DNA of 44,914 nucleotides from Candidatus Methylomirabilis sp. (GCA_041498535.1 JBGQIR010000001.1:1-44914), one strand, 5' to 3'; positions 1 through 9,206 are shown, counted from the first letter of the stretch. Numbers and translations are program-made. Notes: generated by a model not told the origin, from the sequence alone.

Positions 1-132
1 CACGAATACGTCGCGCGGGCAAGCAAGAAATTGAGGGGTCAGCGAGTTGAGGGTTATGGACCGACCATCGAAAAGGCTGTGGCCATCTGCATCGCTCACC
101 TGGGGAATCCGGAGCCTACAGATCTAGAGTGA
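1..132 (+). CDS. 3' end of a hypothetical protein (partial)
   Basis: Frame 1 is open from the window edge to TGA at 130-132 (HEYVARASKK...EPTDLE*); no recognisable motif. Confidence 0.3.
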   Translation, partial: HEYVARASKKLRGQRVEGYGPTIEKAVAICIAHLGNPEPTDLE

Positions 133-219
133 CCGACTAAAGACATTGTTGCTTGAACAGTCATCTAGCTTGGAAAGCGCTACGGCACGAACTGACCCGA
201 TCAATAAGGAGTCATTGGA

Positions 220-798
220 ATGAGAGGATTGATGCGAAGGTCTCGAAGCATGATCTTGGTCAGCACGCTGATCTCTTTCGCGCTCTGGGAGGGCCCTCTT
301 CATGCGCAAGAGGTCATCTTTGTGAAGTCGCTGGGGGAGGCGGAAAAAGCAATCGGGGAGGCCAGGGAAGCTCAGGCGGATGTGTACGCACCGAATGATT
401 ATGCCCTGGCGCTCTTATATTTGACGCAGGCCAAGGATGAAGCGGTGGCCTACAAGACGGTCGAGAAGGACAAGAAGGACACCCACGTGTTTAGTGCGAG
501 GAAATCGGGGGAAGTGGTCAACTTGCTCGCTGAGAAGGCGAGGTATCAAGCGAAGGTGGCCACAACAAAGGCGATCGAGGTCAAGGTTGATCGGGAGATC
601 ACCGCGATCAAGGCCCAAATCGTCGAGAGCTTTAACACGGATGTGAGCCGGAGCTTTACCCCGGGGCGGGAGGATCTGCTGGGCGACCTGAGTGTGAAGG
701 AGGGGGAATGGAAGGATGCCCGCAAGGCGCGCGAGCAAGCCGAGTCTGAACTGAAAAGGCTGACCGTGGAAGGAGAGGCCCAGCCCGCGCCGAAATGA
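220..798 (+). CDS. Exported helical protein, DUF4398-like
   Basis: AGGAG RBS; signal-peptide-like N-terminus ending LHA-Q; 'AEKAIGEAREAQADVYAPNDYALA..L..A' resembles DUF4398. Confidence 0.55.
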   Translation: MRGLMRRSRSMILVSTLISFALWEGPLHAQEVIFVKSLGEAEKAIGEAREAQADVYAPNDYALALLYLTQAKDEAVAYKTVEKDKKDTHVFSARKSGEVVNLLAEKARYQAKVATTKAIEVKVDREITAIKAQIVESFNTDVSRSFTPGREDLLGDLSVKEGEWKDARKAREQAESELKRLTVEGEAQPAPK

Positions 799-916
799 AA
801 TCGCGAGCAGGTGAGCATCTCCCGTGTCTCATGTGTCGTGTCGCGGGCCACCGCCAAAGCAGGCGGTGGCCAGTCGTTTTGGCATACCTAGACAGCCTGT
901 TCTGGCAGGAACACGG

Positions 917-1318
917 GTGAATCGCTGGCTGTGGAAGAACGCATGGGCATGCCTTGTCCTCGGCGTATTGCTGAATCTGTGGGCCCCGCGATCTACCGAG
1001 GTCAGAGTGACAGCTACTGCCTCCGCTGCACCCACCGCCGACGCGTCTCCCCCCTCGGCCGCTAGGCCGCAAGAACTTGACGAGGGTGCACTCCGCTTTG
1101 AGGTGGAGCCTGATGACGTGGAGATTTATCTGGATGAACACTACCTGGGCAGGGCCGGCGAGCTGCGCGGACGCACCGTGGAAGGCATCCTCGCGGGGAA
1201 CAGGTTATTGGAACTAAAGTTGGGTGGCGAGCGAACGTTCCTGCAGGTTGTGGTCCCGCTCAACGGGACCCGGACCATTCGCGTGAATCTTGCGGCACCC
1301 GCCTCAAAAGATTCATAA
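917..1318 (+). CDS. PEGA-domain membrane/exported protein
   Basis: Hydrophobic N-terminus, Ala/Pro linker, then 'GALRFEVEPDDVEIYLDEHYLG' PEGA-like domain. GTG917 chosen over the track start at 824. Confidence 0.6.
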   Translation: MNRWLWKNAWACLVLGVLLNLWAPRSTEVRVTATASAAPTADASPPSAARPQELDEGALRFEVEPDDVEIYLDEHYLGRAGELRGRTVEGILAGNRLLELKLGGERTFLQVVVPLNGTRTIRVNLAAPASKDS

Positions 1319-1331
1319 CAGACCTAAGGGC

Positions 1332-1400
1332 GTTCAGAGTTCATAGAAAGAGAACAGATCTCAGATGAAGATTCTGCCCTGAACTCCGAACTATCTGAAC
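1332..1400. repeat. Heptamer hairpin element (copy A)
   Basis: GTTCAGA-GTTCATA left arm; CCTGAAC-TCCGAAC..TCTGAAC right arm; lies between convergent genes. Confidence 0.7.
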
Positions 1401-2167
1401 AGATCCTCCTCGGGGGGTCGCAGCAGCATCGAGGCCCGACCCTCCCCCTCCGGATAGCGATAGCCCCGAATCAGGACTGCGGGGATTCGCTCCGTTTTCC
1501 CCATGACCAGCTCGGCCGCGGCCACCAGTTCGTCCGCGACGGCGATGATCGTGGCTGTGAGGTCCCGTCCGAAATCATCGCCGATGTCGCCATAATCTCT
1601 GAGCGGGAGCAGGCCGCTCACCCCGATGGCGACATTGGTGAGCCCCGTGCGCCAGGGGCGGCCAAAGGTGTCGGAGATGAGCACCCCGACCTCGACCTGG
1701 CAGAGCGCGAGGATCCGATCCCGGATGGCCTTCGCTGACCCGTCCGGGTCGAGCGGGAGGAGAGCGGCGCACTCCTGATCCGGGAGATTGGACCGGTCAA
1801 CACCGGCGTTGGCGCAGATGAAGCCGTGCTGGGTCTCAGCGAGCAGGACTCTGCGGTCCATCCGGACGATTCGTCGCGCCTCTCGAAGGATCAGCTCGAC
1901 CAGGCGAGCGTCCTTGGCGAGAAGGGCGGCCCAGGAGTTGGCCAGCGGCGAGGGTGCCGCGTCACGAAGGGATACCACGCGCCCTTCGGCCTTGGAGACG
2001 ACCTTCTGCGTCACGACCAGGACATCGCCCGGCCGGAACGCTAGGCTCAGCGAGTTCATCGCCTCGACGATCAACGCGGCCAGGTCATCTCCGGCCCGAA
2101 TCTCCGGGAGACCGGTCAGGCCGATCAGAGAGAGTTCAGGCGCCTTTCGTGACACCGAGTCTCCCAT
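1391..2167 (-). CDS. cofE: Coenzyme F420-0:L-glutamate ligase (single domain)
   Basis: GLPEIRAGDDL, VVTQKVVSKAEG, CANAGVDRSN, SDTFGRPWR, ADELVAAAELVMGK. Start at ATG2167 or GTG2155; the track extension to 2404 overlaps cofC. Confidence 0.95.
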   Translation of the reverse strand: MGDSVSRKAPELSLIGLTGLPEIRAGDDLAALIVEAMNSLSLAFRPGDVLVVTQKVVSKAEGRVVSLRDAAPSPLANSWAALLAKDARLVELILREARRIVRMDRRVLLAETQHGFICANAGVDRSNLPDQECAALLPLDPDGSAKAIRDRILALCQVEVGVLISDTFGRPWRTGLTNVAIGVSGLLPLRDYGDIGDDFGRDLTATIIAVADELVAAAELVMGKTERIPAVLIRGYRYPEGEGRASMLLRPPEEDLFR

Positions 2168-2801
2168 CAATCCCGAGCCGGCGGAGCAGTTCGTGTGTCC
2201 TGGTCTCGCCTGGCTGCTCGAGGAGGCATCGGAGGTCTTCGATCTCATCGATGTCCAGAGCGAGGTTGGGGAGTTCACACACCTCGCAGGGCAGCCCCCT
2301 TGCCTCGGCCTCCAGCCGGTGCGCCCGGAAGCTGTCGTACCCGAAGCGGAAGGGGATGGCCCCTGATGGCCGCGCGAGCACGGCGTTGGTTCCGAGTTCG
2401 TCACGTGAGGGCACCAGCACGATGCCGGGGGATGAGGTTCCTTTCTCCACGATCCGGGTCAGATCGTTGAGCGTGACGCGTGGGACGTCGAGCGGCAGCG
2501 TCAGCATCCCCTCGGCCCCCATCTGGCCACAGATGGCGGCGGCCGCGTCCACCGATTGGCTCTGCCGGACCTGCCGGACCTCCTTGATGACCCCGGCGCC
2601 GTACTGCCGGGCGCTCGCCGCGGCCTCGGCGTCTGAGGTGATGACCAGCACGCGATCAAGCTGGGGGCAAATGGCCACGACCGAAAGCACATCCTCCAGC
2701 ATCGTCTTGGAGAGGAGATGACGCTCGGTCGCCGTCAACAGGGGTTGGAGCCGCTGCTTGCCTCTGGTCAACTCCTTCACCGGGATCACGGCGACAATCA
2801 T
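2136..2801 (-). CDS. cofC: Phospholactate/PEP guanylyltransferase (CofC/FbiD)
   Basis: VIPVK..GKQRL, GTNA, FGYDSF..H, LDIDE..DL motifs; operon context. Confidence 0.93.
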   Translation of the reverse strand: MIVAVIPVKELTRGKQRLQPLLTATERHLLSKTMLEDVLSVVAICPQLDRVLVITSDAEAAASARQYGAGVIKEVRQVRQSQSVDAAAAICGQMGAEGMLTLPLDVPRVTLNDLTRIVEKGTSSPGIVLVPSRDELGTNAVLARPSGAIPFRFGYDSFRAHRLEAEARGLPCEVCELPNLALDIDEIEDLRCLLEQPGETRTHELLRRLGIDGRLGVTKGA

Positions 2802-2804
2802 TCG

Positions 2805-3743
2805 TCACTCAGGTCGGAGGGAGGCGAGCCACGAGAGTGTCTCCTTGGCCAGCGAGATCTTTCGCTCCAGGTTATGTATCACGGTCTCGGCCGTCCTTGT
2901 CGTGATCGATAGCCCCTCGATGGCGGGGAGGTGCTCGGCGTCGAGCCGATCGACGATGAATAGGTCGAGGAAGTCCTGATAGAGGCGCGCCACTGAAAGA
3001 GCCGAGACCTCGTAGCCGAGGCCGACCAGGAACTTGTCGGTCGGGCCCTTCAGCGAACGGCCGCCAACAATCGGACTGATCGCCACAACAGGCGCCCCGG
3101 TCGCTCGCAGCGCATCGCGGATGCCCGGAACGGCGAGGATCGGTCCCATGCTGATCACCGGGTTACTGGGGCAGAGAATGATCCCATCGGCGGCCTCGAT
3201 CGCCTCTAGAACGCCTGGCGCTGGCCGTGATCGTTTCACGCCCTCGAAGCTCACCCCGCGCACGGCGTGGCGAGCCCCGTCGCGGACGAGATACTCTTGA
3301 AAGGGCCGCGGCCCCTCGTCGGTGAGGACGATCGTCGAGACCGGCTCGTTCGTCATCGGGAGGATACGGGCTCCGACCCCGAGGGAGCGCCTGATCAGAT
3401 CGGTGACTTCGGTGAGCGTCAGCCCCTGGCGAAGCAGGGCGGTCCGGTGCACATGGGTGGCAAGGTCTCGGTCCCCCAGATTGAACCAGGTCTCGCGGCC
3501 GTAGCGGCCGAGCCAACTGAGGGCGTTGAAGGTATCGCCCTCGATCCCCCATCCTCTTTCCTGGTTGGCCAGACCTGCCAAGGTGTACACGACGGTGTCT
3601 AGGTCGGGGCAGATGGTGAGGCCATGCAGGACGAAATCGTCGCTGGTGTTCACGATGACCGTCAGCTCCGCCGGGTCGATCACTTGGCACACACCCAGGA
3701 GCAGCTTGGAGGCGCCGATCCCTCCGCCAAGGGCGACGATCAT
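2805..3743 (-). CDS. cofD: 2-phospho-L-lactate transferase (CofD/FbiA)
   Basis: LGGGIGASK, ICPDLDTVVYTLAG, WFNLGDRDLATH, PSNPVISMGPIL. Confidence 0.96.
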   Translation of the reverse strand: MIVALGGGIGASKLLLGVCQVIDPAELTVIVNTSDDFVLHGLTICPDLDTVVYTLAGLANQERGWGIEGDTFNALSWLGRYGRETWFNLGDRDLATHVHRTALLRQGLTLTEVTDLIRRSLGVGARILPMTNEPVSTIVLTDEGPRPFQEYLVRDGARHAVRGVSFEGVKRSRPAPGVLEAIEAADGIILCPSNPVISMGPILAVPGIRDALRATGAPVVAISPIVGGRSLKGPTDKFLVGLGYEVSALSVARLYQDFLDLFIVDRLDAEHLPAIEGLSITTRTAETVIHNLERKISLAKETLSWLASLRPE

Positions 3744-4402
3744 CGCTCCTTCTCCGGAAGGCCAGTGATGCGGATCCCCGCCTCCTTGGTCTTGTGGCGC
3801 CGGTTCAATTCCAGAAGCAGCGGGGTCAATCCCTCGACAGCCCTGGCATGGTGCGCCCCGCCAGCGTCAATGGCGCGGAGGCCGGCCTTCTCGACAAGTG
3901 CCATAGCGCTTCGCCTGGCGTTGGGGTCGTCCCCGCAGACAAGGACATCGGAGTCTATCGCTCTCTTGGGGTCTTTCAGCAATCGATAAGAGATATTCTG
4001 AAAGGCCGCCACCACCTTCGTCTCCGCCCCGAGGAACTCCTGCGCCTGCTCCAGAGCAGATCGGTGGTTGGCCGATGCCAGCCGCCCGGGCGCGTCGGGA
4101 TCGAGCGGGACGGTCGTATCGATCAGGAGCTTGCCGCGCACAGCCTCCTTCACCCCTTCCAGTGTGGCGAGGTGAGCGGCGTAAGGGACCGTCAGAACCA
4201 CGACATCAGCCTCTTCAGCGGCCCGTCGGTTCGACGTTCCGCGGATGGCGGCTTTTCCTAACGTTCGGTTCAAATGGTCGGCCGCCGCGGCAGCGCGTTT
4301 TTCGTCCCTCGATCCGATGACGACATCCTCCCCGGCAGCCGCCCAGCGCAGTGCCAGCCCCGTTCCCTCCCGCCCTGTCCCTCCAATGATCGCGATCTTC
4401 AT
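3740..4402 (-). CDS. npdG: F420-dependent NADP oxidoreductase
   Basis: MKIAIIGGTGREGTGLALRWA, VVIGSR, VVAAFQNIS, VEGLTPLL. Confidence 0.92.
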   Translation of the reverse strand: MKIAIIGGTGREGTGLALRWAAAGEDVVIGSRDEKRAAAAADHLNRTLGKAAIRGTSNRRAAEEADVVVLTVPYAAHLATLEGVKEAVRGKLLIDTTVPLDPDAPGRLASANHRSALEQAQEFLGAETKVVAAFQNISYRLLKDPKRAIDSDVLVCGDDPNARRSAMALVEKAGLRAIDAGGAHHARAVEGLTPLLLELNRRHKTKEAGIRITGLPEKER

Positions 4403-4424
4403 GCATTCTCCCAAGGCGAAAAGC

Positions 4425-4517
4425 GTTCAGGGTAGTACGAAGTGCGTTTAAAGTTCATAGCAAGAAAAGGAACCGAAGGTTGCGCTTACTCTGAACTCTG
4501 AACCCTGGACTCTGAAC
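4425..4517. repeat. Heptamer hairpin element (copy B), overlapping the cofH 3' end
   Basis: GTTCAGG..GTTTAAA-GTTCATA-GCAAG left arm; CTTAC-TCTGAAC-TCTGAAC-CCTGGAC-TCTGAAC right arm. Confidence 0.75.
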
Positions 4518-5793
4518 TGTTGCGCCTGTAGCGGAACATGTTAGAGGCAGTCAGCATCCGGTACGAGCCGAAACGCTCCTCCGGGTTGTCGATCCGATCG
4601 AGAGGCCCCGCCTCTTCCTCTTGGCCATCGTAGACCTGGAGGATCTGGTACGTAGTGCTCCGCTGCGCGGGGAGACGCCCCAGGTCGCGGATCATACGAC
4701 GGAGCTCGATCGGCGGGACGAGTTGGCCATGCGGCGCGCCGGCCGACGTGGAGATGCTTTCGTTGATCAGGGTGCCGCCGAGATCGTTGGCCCCGGTGGT
4801 CAGGAGGTACTGGGCAAGCTTGGGTCCTTCCTTGACCCAGGAAGATTGAATGTTCGTGAAGGTCGCGCCCAGCATCAGGCGCGCCAGCGCATGCATCTTG
4901 ACCACCTCACTGCCGGTCGCTCCCTGGCGCACCCCGTTCACCAGCTTGCGCCGGTACATCGGCGCCTCTTGGTGGATCAGGCTCAACGGCACGAATTCGG
5001 TGAACCCGCCCGTATCTTTCTGGATGTCGCGCAGGAGCGCCATGTGATTCACCCAGTGGATCGGCTGCTCGATGTGCCCGTACATGATCGTGGAGGTGGT
5101 CCGGATACCCAGGGAGTGGGCGGTGGTGATGACCTCGATCCACTGGCGGGTGGTGATTCGACCGCGGGAGATGATGTCTCGAATCTCATCGTCGAGGATC
5201 TCGGCCGAAGTCCCGGGAAGCGTATCGAGACCGGCCTCCTGGAGCGCCATGAGATAAGGCCGGATGGGGATTCCGGATCGCGTAGAGCCGTACAGGATCT
5301 CTTCCGGCGAGAAGGCGTGGATGTGGATCTGCGGTAACTCCTGCTTGATGGCACGACAGAGGTCGATGTAATAATGGCCATCAAGTTTTGGAGGGAGGCC
5401 AGCCTGGATGCACACCTCAGTGGCACCCATTTCCCAGGCTTCTTTCGCCCTTCTGATCACTTCCTCCAGTGGGAGGAGGTACCCCTCCTCTTCGCGGTGG
5501 TCCCGGCTAAACGCGCAGAAGGTGCAATGTTTGATGCACACATTGGTGAAGTTGATGTTGCGGTTGATCACATAGGTGACGGTTTCTCCCACCTGGCGCC
5601 GCCGCAACTCATCGGCCACCATGACCAGCGCTTGCAGATCCAACCCCTGGGTTTGGGTGAGGCGCAGCCCCTCTTCCGGGGACAGTTCTCGGCCCTCAAG
5701 CGCGGCCTCTAGCAGGCGCGCGACGTCAGGCTCGATCCGGCAAAGGAGCCGGCCAAGCTCCTCATCTCGTGGGAAAGACTGCTCCTGCTTCAT
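4486..5793 (-). CDS. cofH: FO synthase subunit CofH (radical SAM)
   Basis: NRNINFTNVCIKHCTFCAF (CxxxCxxC), HIHAFSPEE, PGTSAEIL, NIQSSWVK, GANDLGGTL. Confidence 0.93.
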   Translation of the reverse strand: MKQEQSFPRDEELGRLLCRIEPDVARLLEAALEGRELSPEEGLRLTQTQGLDLQALVMVADELRRRQVGETVTYVINRNINFTNVCIKHCTFCAFSRDHREEEGYLLPLEEVIRRAKEAWEMGATEVCIQAGLPPKLDGHYYIDLCRAIKQELPQIHIHAFSPEEILYGSTRSGIPIRPYLMALQEAGLDTLPGTSAEILDDEIRDIISRGRITTRQWIEVITTAHSLGIRTTSTIMYGHIEQPIHWVNHMALLRDIQKDTGGFTEFVPLSLIHQEAPMYRRKLVNGVRQGATGSEVVKMHALARLMLGATFTNIQSSWVKEGPKLAQYLLTTGANDLGGTLINESISTSAGAPHGQLVPPIELRRMIRDLGRLPAQRSTTYQILQVYDGQEEEAGPLDRIDNPEERFGSYRMLTASNMFRYRRNSSESRVQSSE

Positions 5794-7039
5794 GCTGTAC
5801 CACCTCCTTTGGGTACCCGGCCTCGTCCACCAGGGCCATGATCCTGGGGGCCAGCGCGGGAGGGATGAACCCCTCTTTCTGGACGATATACTCCGGATAG
5901 ATCGTAAGCCGCTCTCTCAAGCGGTAACCGAGGGATGCGGTCCCATCGCGCAGCGCCGTGATCTGAGGCCACGGCGCCTCGGGGTTGATGAAGTCCTTCG
6001 TGAGCGGCGAGATTCCGCCCCAGTCGTTGATCCCTGACAACAGCAGCAGGGGGTAGGCGTCGGGTGTCAGGTTTGGTGGGGCCTGAAGGTTCATCTCTGC
6101 TCCCAGAATCAGGCGTGCGACGGCAAGTGTCCTGAGCATGTCGAGCAGCGTTGGCTCCGGATGGGCTTGCATTGGGATTGTCGGTTTGGCTCGGAAGTTC
6201 TGGATGATCACCTCCTGGATGTGGCCGTAGGTCGCATGGAGTGTCTTGATGGCAAACAGGGAGTCGATCCGCTCCTCAAGGGTCTCGCCGATCCCGATCA
6301 GGATTCCGGTGGTGAATGCGATACGGAGCCGTCCGGCCCCTTCGATAGTCCTGACTCGAAGGAGGGGGTGCTTGTCAGGCGCCGGATGATGCGGCCCGCC
6401 GGGTTGCATGAGCCGCGCGCTCACCGATTCCAGCATGAGGCCCATGCTGGCGTTTGAGTCGCGCAGCATCGCCATCTCCTCGATGGTCATCGTTCCGGGA
6501 TTGGCGTGGGGGAGGAGCCCTGTTTCTGCCAGTGTGAGCTGGCAGATCGATGCGAGGTATTCGATCGTGGTCCGATAGCCGCGCTCGGTCAGAAAGCGCC
6601 TGGCTTCCGGGAAAGTCAGCTCGGGTTTCTCGCCAAGGCTGAAGAGCGCCTCCTTGCACCCCAGCCTGGCACCGGCAGAGGCGATGACCAAGACCTCCTC
6701 GGCGGTCAAGAAGCCGTCACCCGGCTCCCCGGGGTCCCGGCGGAAGGTACAGTAGCCACACCGATCGCGGCACAGCCTGGTGAGGGGGATGAAGACCTTT
6801 TTCGAGAAGCTGACCGTCCGCCCCTTTCCAGTGTCGCGAATGGCAGAGGCCAGATCCAGGAGATGGAGCAGATGGCGGCCTGAAGCCCGGATCAGCGCGA
6901 GGGCGTTCTCACGCGTAAGGGGCTTGCCAGAGCTTGCCGCCTCCAGCGCAGTCTCAATGGCCGGACAGGCTGGCCCCGGCGCCGGCTCGCGATCCAACAG
7001 CCCCAACTGATTCAGGGCTTCGCTGGCGGAAGTGGACAT
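5762..7039 (-). CDS. cofG: FO synthase subunit CofG (radical SAM)
   Basis: VFIPLTRLCRDRCGYCTF, LPHANPG, SMGLMLES, QAPPNL, GINDWGGISP. Confidence 0.95.
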   Translation of the reverse strand: MSTSASEALNQLGLLDREPAPGPACPAIETALEAASSGKPLTRENALALIRASGRHLLHLLDLASAIRDTGKGRTVSFSKKVFIPLTRLCRDRCGYCTFRRDPGEPGDGFLTAEEVLVIASAGARLGCKEALFSLGEKPELTFPEARRFLTERGYRTTIEYLASICQLTLAETGLLPHANPGTMTIEEMAMLRDSNASMGLMLESVSARLMQPGGPHHPAPDKHPLLRVRTIEGAGRLRIAFTTGILIGIGETLEERIDSLFAIKTLHATYGHIQEVIIQNFRAKPTIPMQAHPEPTLLDMLRTLAVARLILGAEMNLQAPPNLTPDAYPLLLLSGINDWGGISPLTKDFINPEAPWPQITALRDGTASLGYRLRERLTIYPEYIVQKEGFIPPALAPRIMALVDEAGYPKEVVQHEAGAVFPTR

Positions 7040-7053
7040 GGGATCTCCACGAG

Positions 7054-7126
7054 GTTCAGAGTTCAGAGTTCATATTTCCTGCTGCCTTCCGGTTTTGTTC
7101 GTGGTCTCCGGCTATGAAATCTGAAC
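7054..7126. repeat. Heptamer hairpin element (copy C)
   Basis: GTTCAGA x2-GTTCATA left arm; TATGAAA-TCTGAAC right arm. Confidence 0.7.
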
Positions 7127-7130
7127 GCTG

Positions 7131-7562
7131 TTAGTCGAATTTGCCCCAGGATACGACCTTCGTGGGCGTGATGGCGATTACCGGATTGACGCCCTCAGCC
7201 AGGTTCATGGCTTGGTACTGGGGATACTTCTTACGAAGGAGGTTTACCGCTCGGCTATGCTCCGTGCCCGCCGGCTCGATCGCCGCCGTCCCATGGATGA
7301 TGATGAAGCGCAGGTGGCTCCAGTCCTCATCATACTCGTCGATGATCACGCAAATCCGTGGGTTAGCACGGATGTTTACAAGGCGTCGAAGCAGGTTGGC
7401 TTCAACGCGTTTGGGCTTCTTATCCACTGCCGAATAGAGTCGAGATCCGTCGTACGCGTAACAGATCGGGACGATATGAGGACAGCCGTCAGCGTCAACT
7501 GTCGCCATCCTGGCCACGCGGCCGCTCTGGATAAAGGCCTTGATCCCTTCCGAAAGTTCCAC
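7131..7562 (-). CDS. PPOX-class (split-barrel) probable F420-dependent oxidoreductase, Rv0121-like
   Basis: VARMATVDADGCPHIVPICY, AVDKKPK, RRLVNIRANP, DEYDEDWSHL, KYPQY; first gene of the cof operon. Confidence 0.85.
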   Translation of the reverse strand: MELSEGIKAFIQSGRVARMATVDADGCPHIVPICYAYDGSRLYSAVDKKPKRVEANLLRRLVNIRANPRICVIIDEYDEDWSHLRFIIIHGTAAIEPAGTEHSRAVNLLRKKYPQYQAMNLAEGVNPVIAITPTKVVSWGKFD

Positions 7563-7614
7563 GGGACCTCACCAACTTGGAGGGCAGCATGAGAGCGGCG
7601 AGATTGCACGGATA

Positions 7615-7643
7615 TTGACTTTATAGCATCAGGGGTATATCGT
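7615..7643 (+). promoter_or_regulatory. Putative sigma70 promoter for the peroxiredoxin operon
   Basis: TTGACT-N17-TATCGT in the divergent intergenic region. Confidence 0.4.
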
Positions 7644-7701
7644 CAACAGCAATCCCGGAGCGCCGAAGGATCAGCGTTCACAACTCGGAAAAGCAAAGAC
7701 A

Positions 7702-7796
7702 GTTCATAGTATGCCGAAGAGCGTTCATAGTTCATAGCAAGAAAAGGCATGCAGGATTGGTCTTTTGCCATGAATCGTGAACCCTGAACTCTGAGC
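7702..7796. repeat. Heptamer hairpin element (copy D)
   Basis: GTTCATA..GTTCATA x2-GCAAGAAAAGG left arm; CATGAAT-CGTGAAC-CCTGAAC-TCTGAGC right arm. Confidence 0.8.
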
Positions 7797-7827
7797 CGTC
7801 TTCGCCTGCGATTAACGAAGGAGAGAG

Positions 7828-8328
7828 ATGCCAGCAGCAAGAAAAAAGCTTGTGATCGGGCGCCGCGCGCCGGATTTTACCCTCCCTTCAACCGGGGGGA
7901 AGGCCATTCGGCTCAGCGACTTTAGGTGGAAGAAACAGGTCGTGCTGGCCTTCTACTGTCTCGACTGGACGCCTGGCTGAGCGACGGAGATCCCTTCGTT
8001 GCAGGCGCGGGTCGCCGACTTCGAAAGGGTGGATGCCCAGGTGCTGGGCATCAGCGTGGATAGCGTGCCATGCCACGAGGCCTGGGCGGCCTCCCTCGGA
8101 GGAGTCACCTTCCCGCTTTTGAGCGATCTTCACCGGCGGGTGTGCGCAAGGTATGGCGTGCTCTGGAAGCAGTACAATATTGCCAAAAGAGCGGTGGTCC
8201 TCGTAGACAGGTCGGGGATCACCCGATACATCGAAATCTTTGAGAAGGGGCTTCCTGATCCCGATCGGCTGCTGTCCGTCTTGCGGGCCACGGGCATCTC
8301 TGCCTCGAAGAAAAAGCGAGCCACGTGA
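7828..8328 (+). CDS. Selenocysteine-containing peroxiredoxin (AhpE/BCP-like), 166 aa, UGA at codon 51
   Basis: AAGGAG RBS, ATG7828, [35 protein letters not shown](TGA 7978-7980)[11 protein letters not shown].. continuing in frame into track ORF 7999. The TGA falls exactly at the peroxidatic Cys of the TxxC motif. Confidence 0.88.
7981..8015 (+). promoter_or_regulatory. Putative bacterial SECIS hairpin
   Basis: Directly 3' of the UGA: GCGAC(7981-85) can pair with GTCGC(8011-15), with an inner CGT/GCG stem and a TGCAG loop. Confidence 0.55.
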
Positions 8329-8546
8329 TGACGCCTGACGTGGACGGGATTATCGAAGGGTGCCCTCGCTGCGGTGGCCCGCTCAACGTGAGAGAGCACG
8401 ATCTCAAACCGGAGCTTTGCAGCCTCTATGTGAAGAGCGGACCGGGGCCCAAGGGGTATCGCCGACCCCTGCTCGCCTTCTGCGAAAACGAAGTCCTCAT
8501 GACCTGCCCCGCTTGCTCGTACTGGGTCTCCTTTCCTATTTGCTAA
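8325..8546 (+). CDS. Small Cys-rich zinc-ribbon-like protein
   Basis: CPRC and CPAC knuckles plus extra Cys; start overlaps the peroxiredoxin stop. Confidence 0.65.
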   Translation: MMTPDVDGIIEGCPRCGGPLNVREHDLKPELCSLYVKSGPGPKGYRRPLLAFCENEVLMTCPACSYWVSFPIC

Positions 8547-8550
8547 TGGC

Positions 8551-9138
8551 ATGACTCATCCTCTGAAGGATCAGATTCGCCGAGCCCTTTCGCGGCGGCA
8601 GCGCAAGATTGTGGCCGATCCGAGCCTCAGGAAGGCTGCTGTTCTCATGCCGCTGTACGAAGACGAAAGTGCCCTTCACATCTTGTTAACCAGGCGAAGT
8701 GAAGAGATGCCGCAACACAAAGGCCAGATCGCCTTTCCGGGTGGCTGTCAGCACCCTGACGATCAAAGCCTCCGCGCCACCGCCCTTCGGGAAACCGAGG
8801 AGGAGATTGGGCTCAGGGCGGGCGACGTGGAGATCCTGGGTGAGCTGGACGACACCGCCACGGCGACAACCCGCTTCATCGTCACTCCCTTTGTGGGATT
8901 CATCCCCCATCCGTACCCGTTTCGGGTCAACCCGGCTGAGATCGTTGAGCTAATCCCGCTTCCCCTTTCCCTCCTGTGCGATCCTTCCCGCTTCAGAGAA
9001 GAGCCGTGGGACCGTGATGGCGTGAAGACCCCGGTGTACTTTTACATGGTTGGCCCGCATGTGATCTGGGGATTGACCGCACGGATCCTGAAACAGTTCT
9101 TGGAGGCCGTTGTCTCCACCAGCAAGGCTGTCCTTTAA
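8551..9138 (+). CDS. Nudix hydrolase, CoA pyrophosphatase family
   Basis: LLTRRS...HKGQIAFPGG, ALRETEEEIG Nudix box, IWGLTARIL. Confidence 0.92.
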   Translation: MTHPLKDQIRRALSRRQRKIVADPSLRKAAVLMPLYEDESALHILLTRRSEEMPQHKGQIAFPGGCQHPDDQSLRATALRETEEEIGLRAGDVEILGELDDTATATTRFIVTPFVGFIPHPYPFRVNPAEIVELIPLPLSLLCDPSRFREEPWDRDGVKTPVYFYMVGPHVIWGLTARILKQFLEAVVSTSKAVL

Positions 9139-9206
9139 GAGAGAGCCGCGACCGCACGCTGCCACAGGCGGTTTTTCTTGCGCATCCCGACACGCTTCTT
9201 TAGAAT

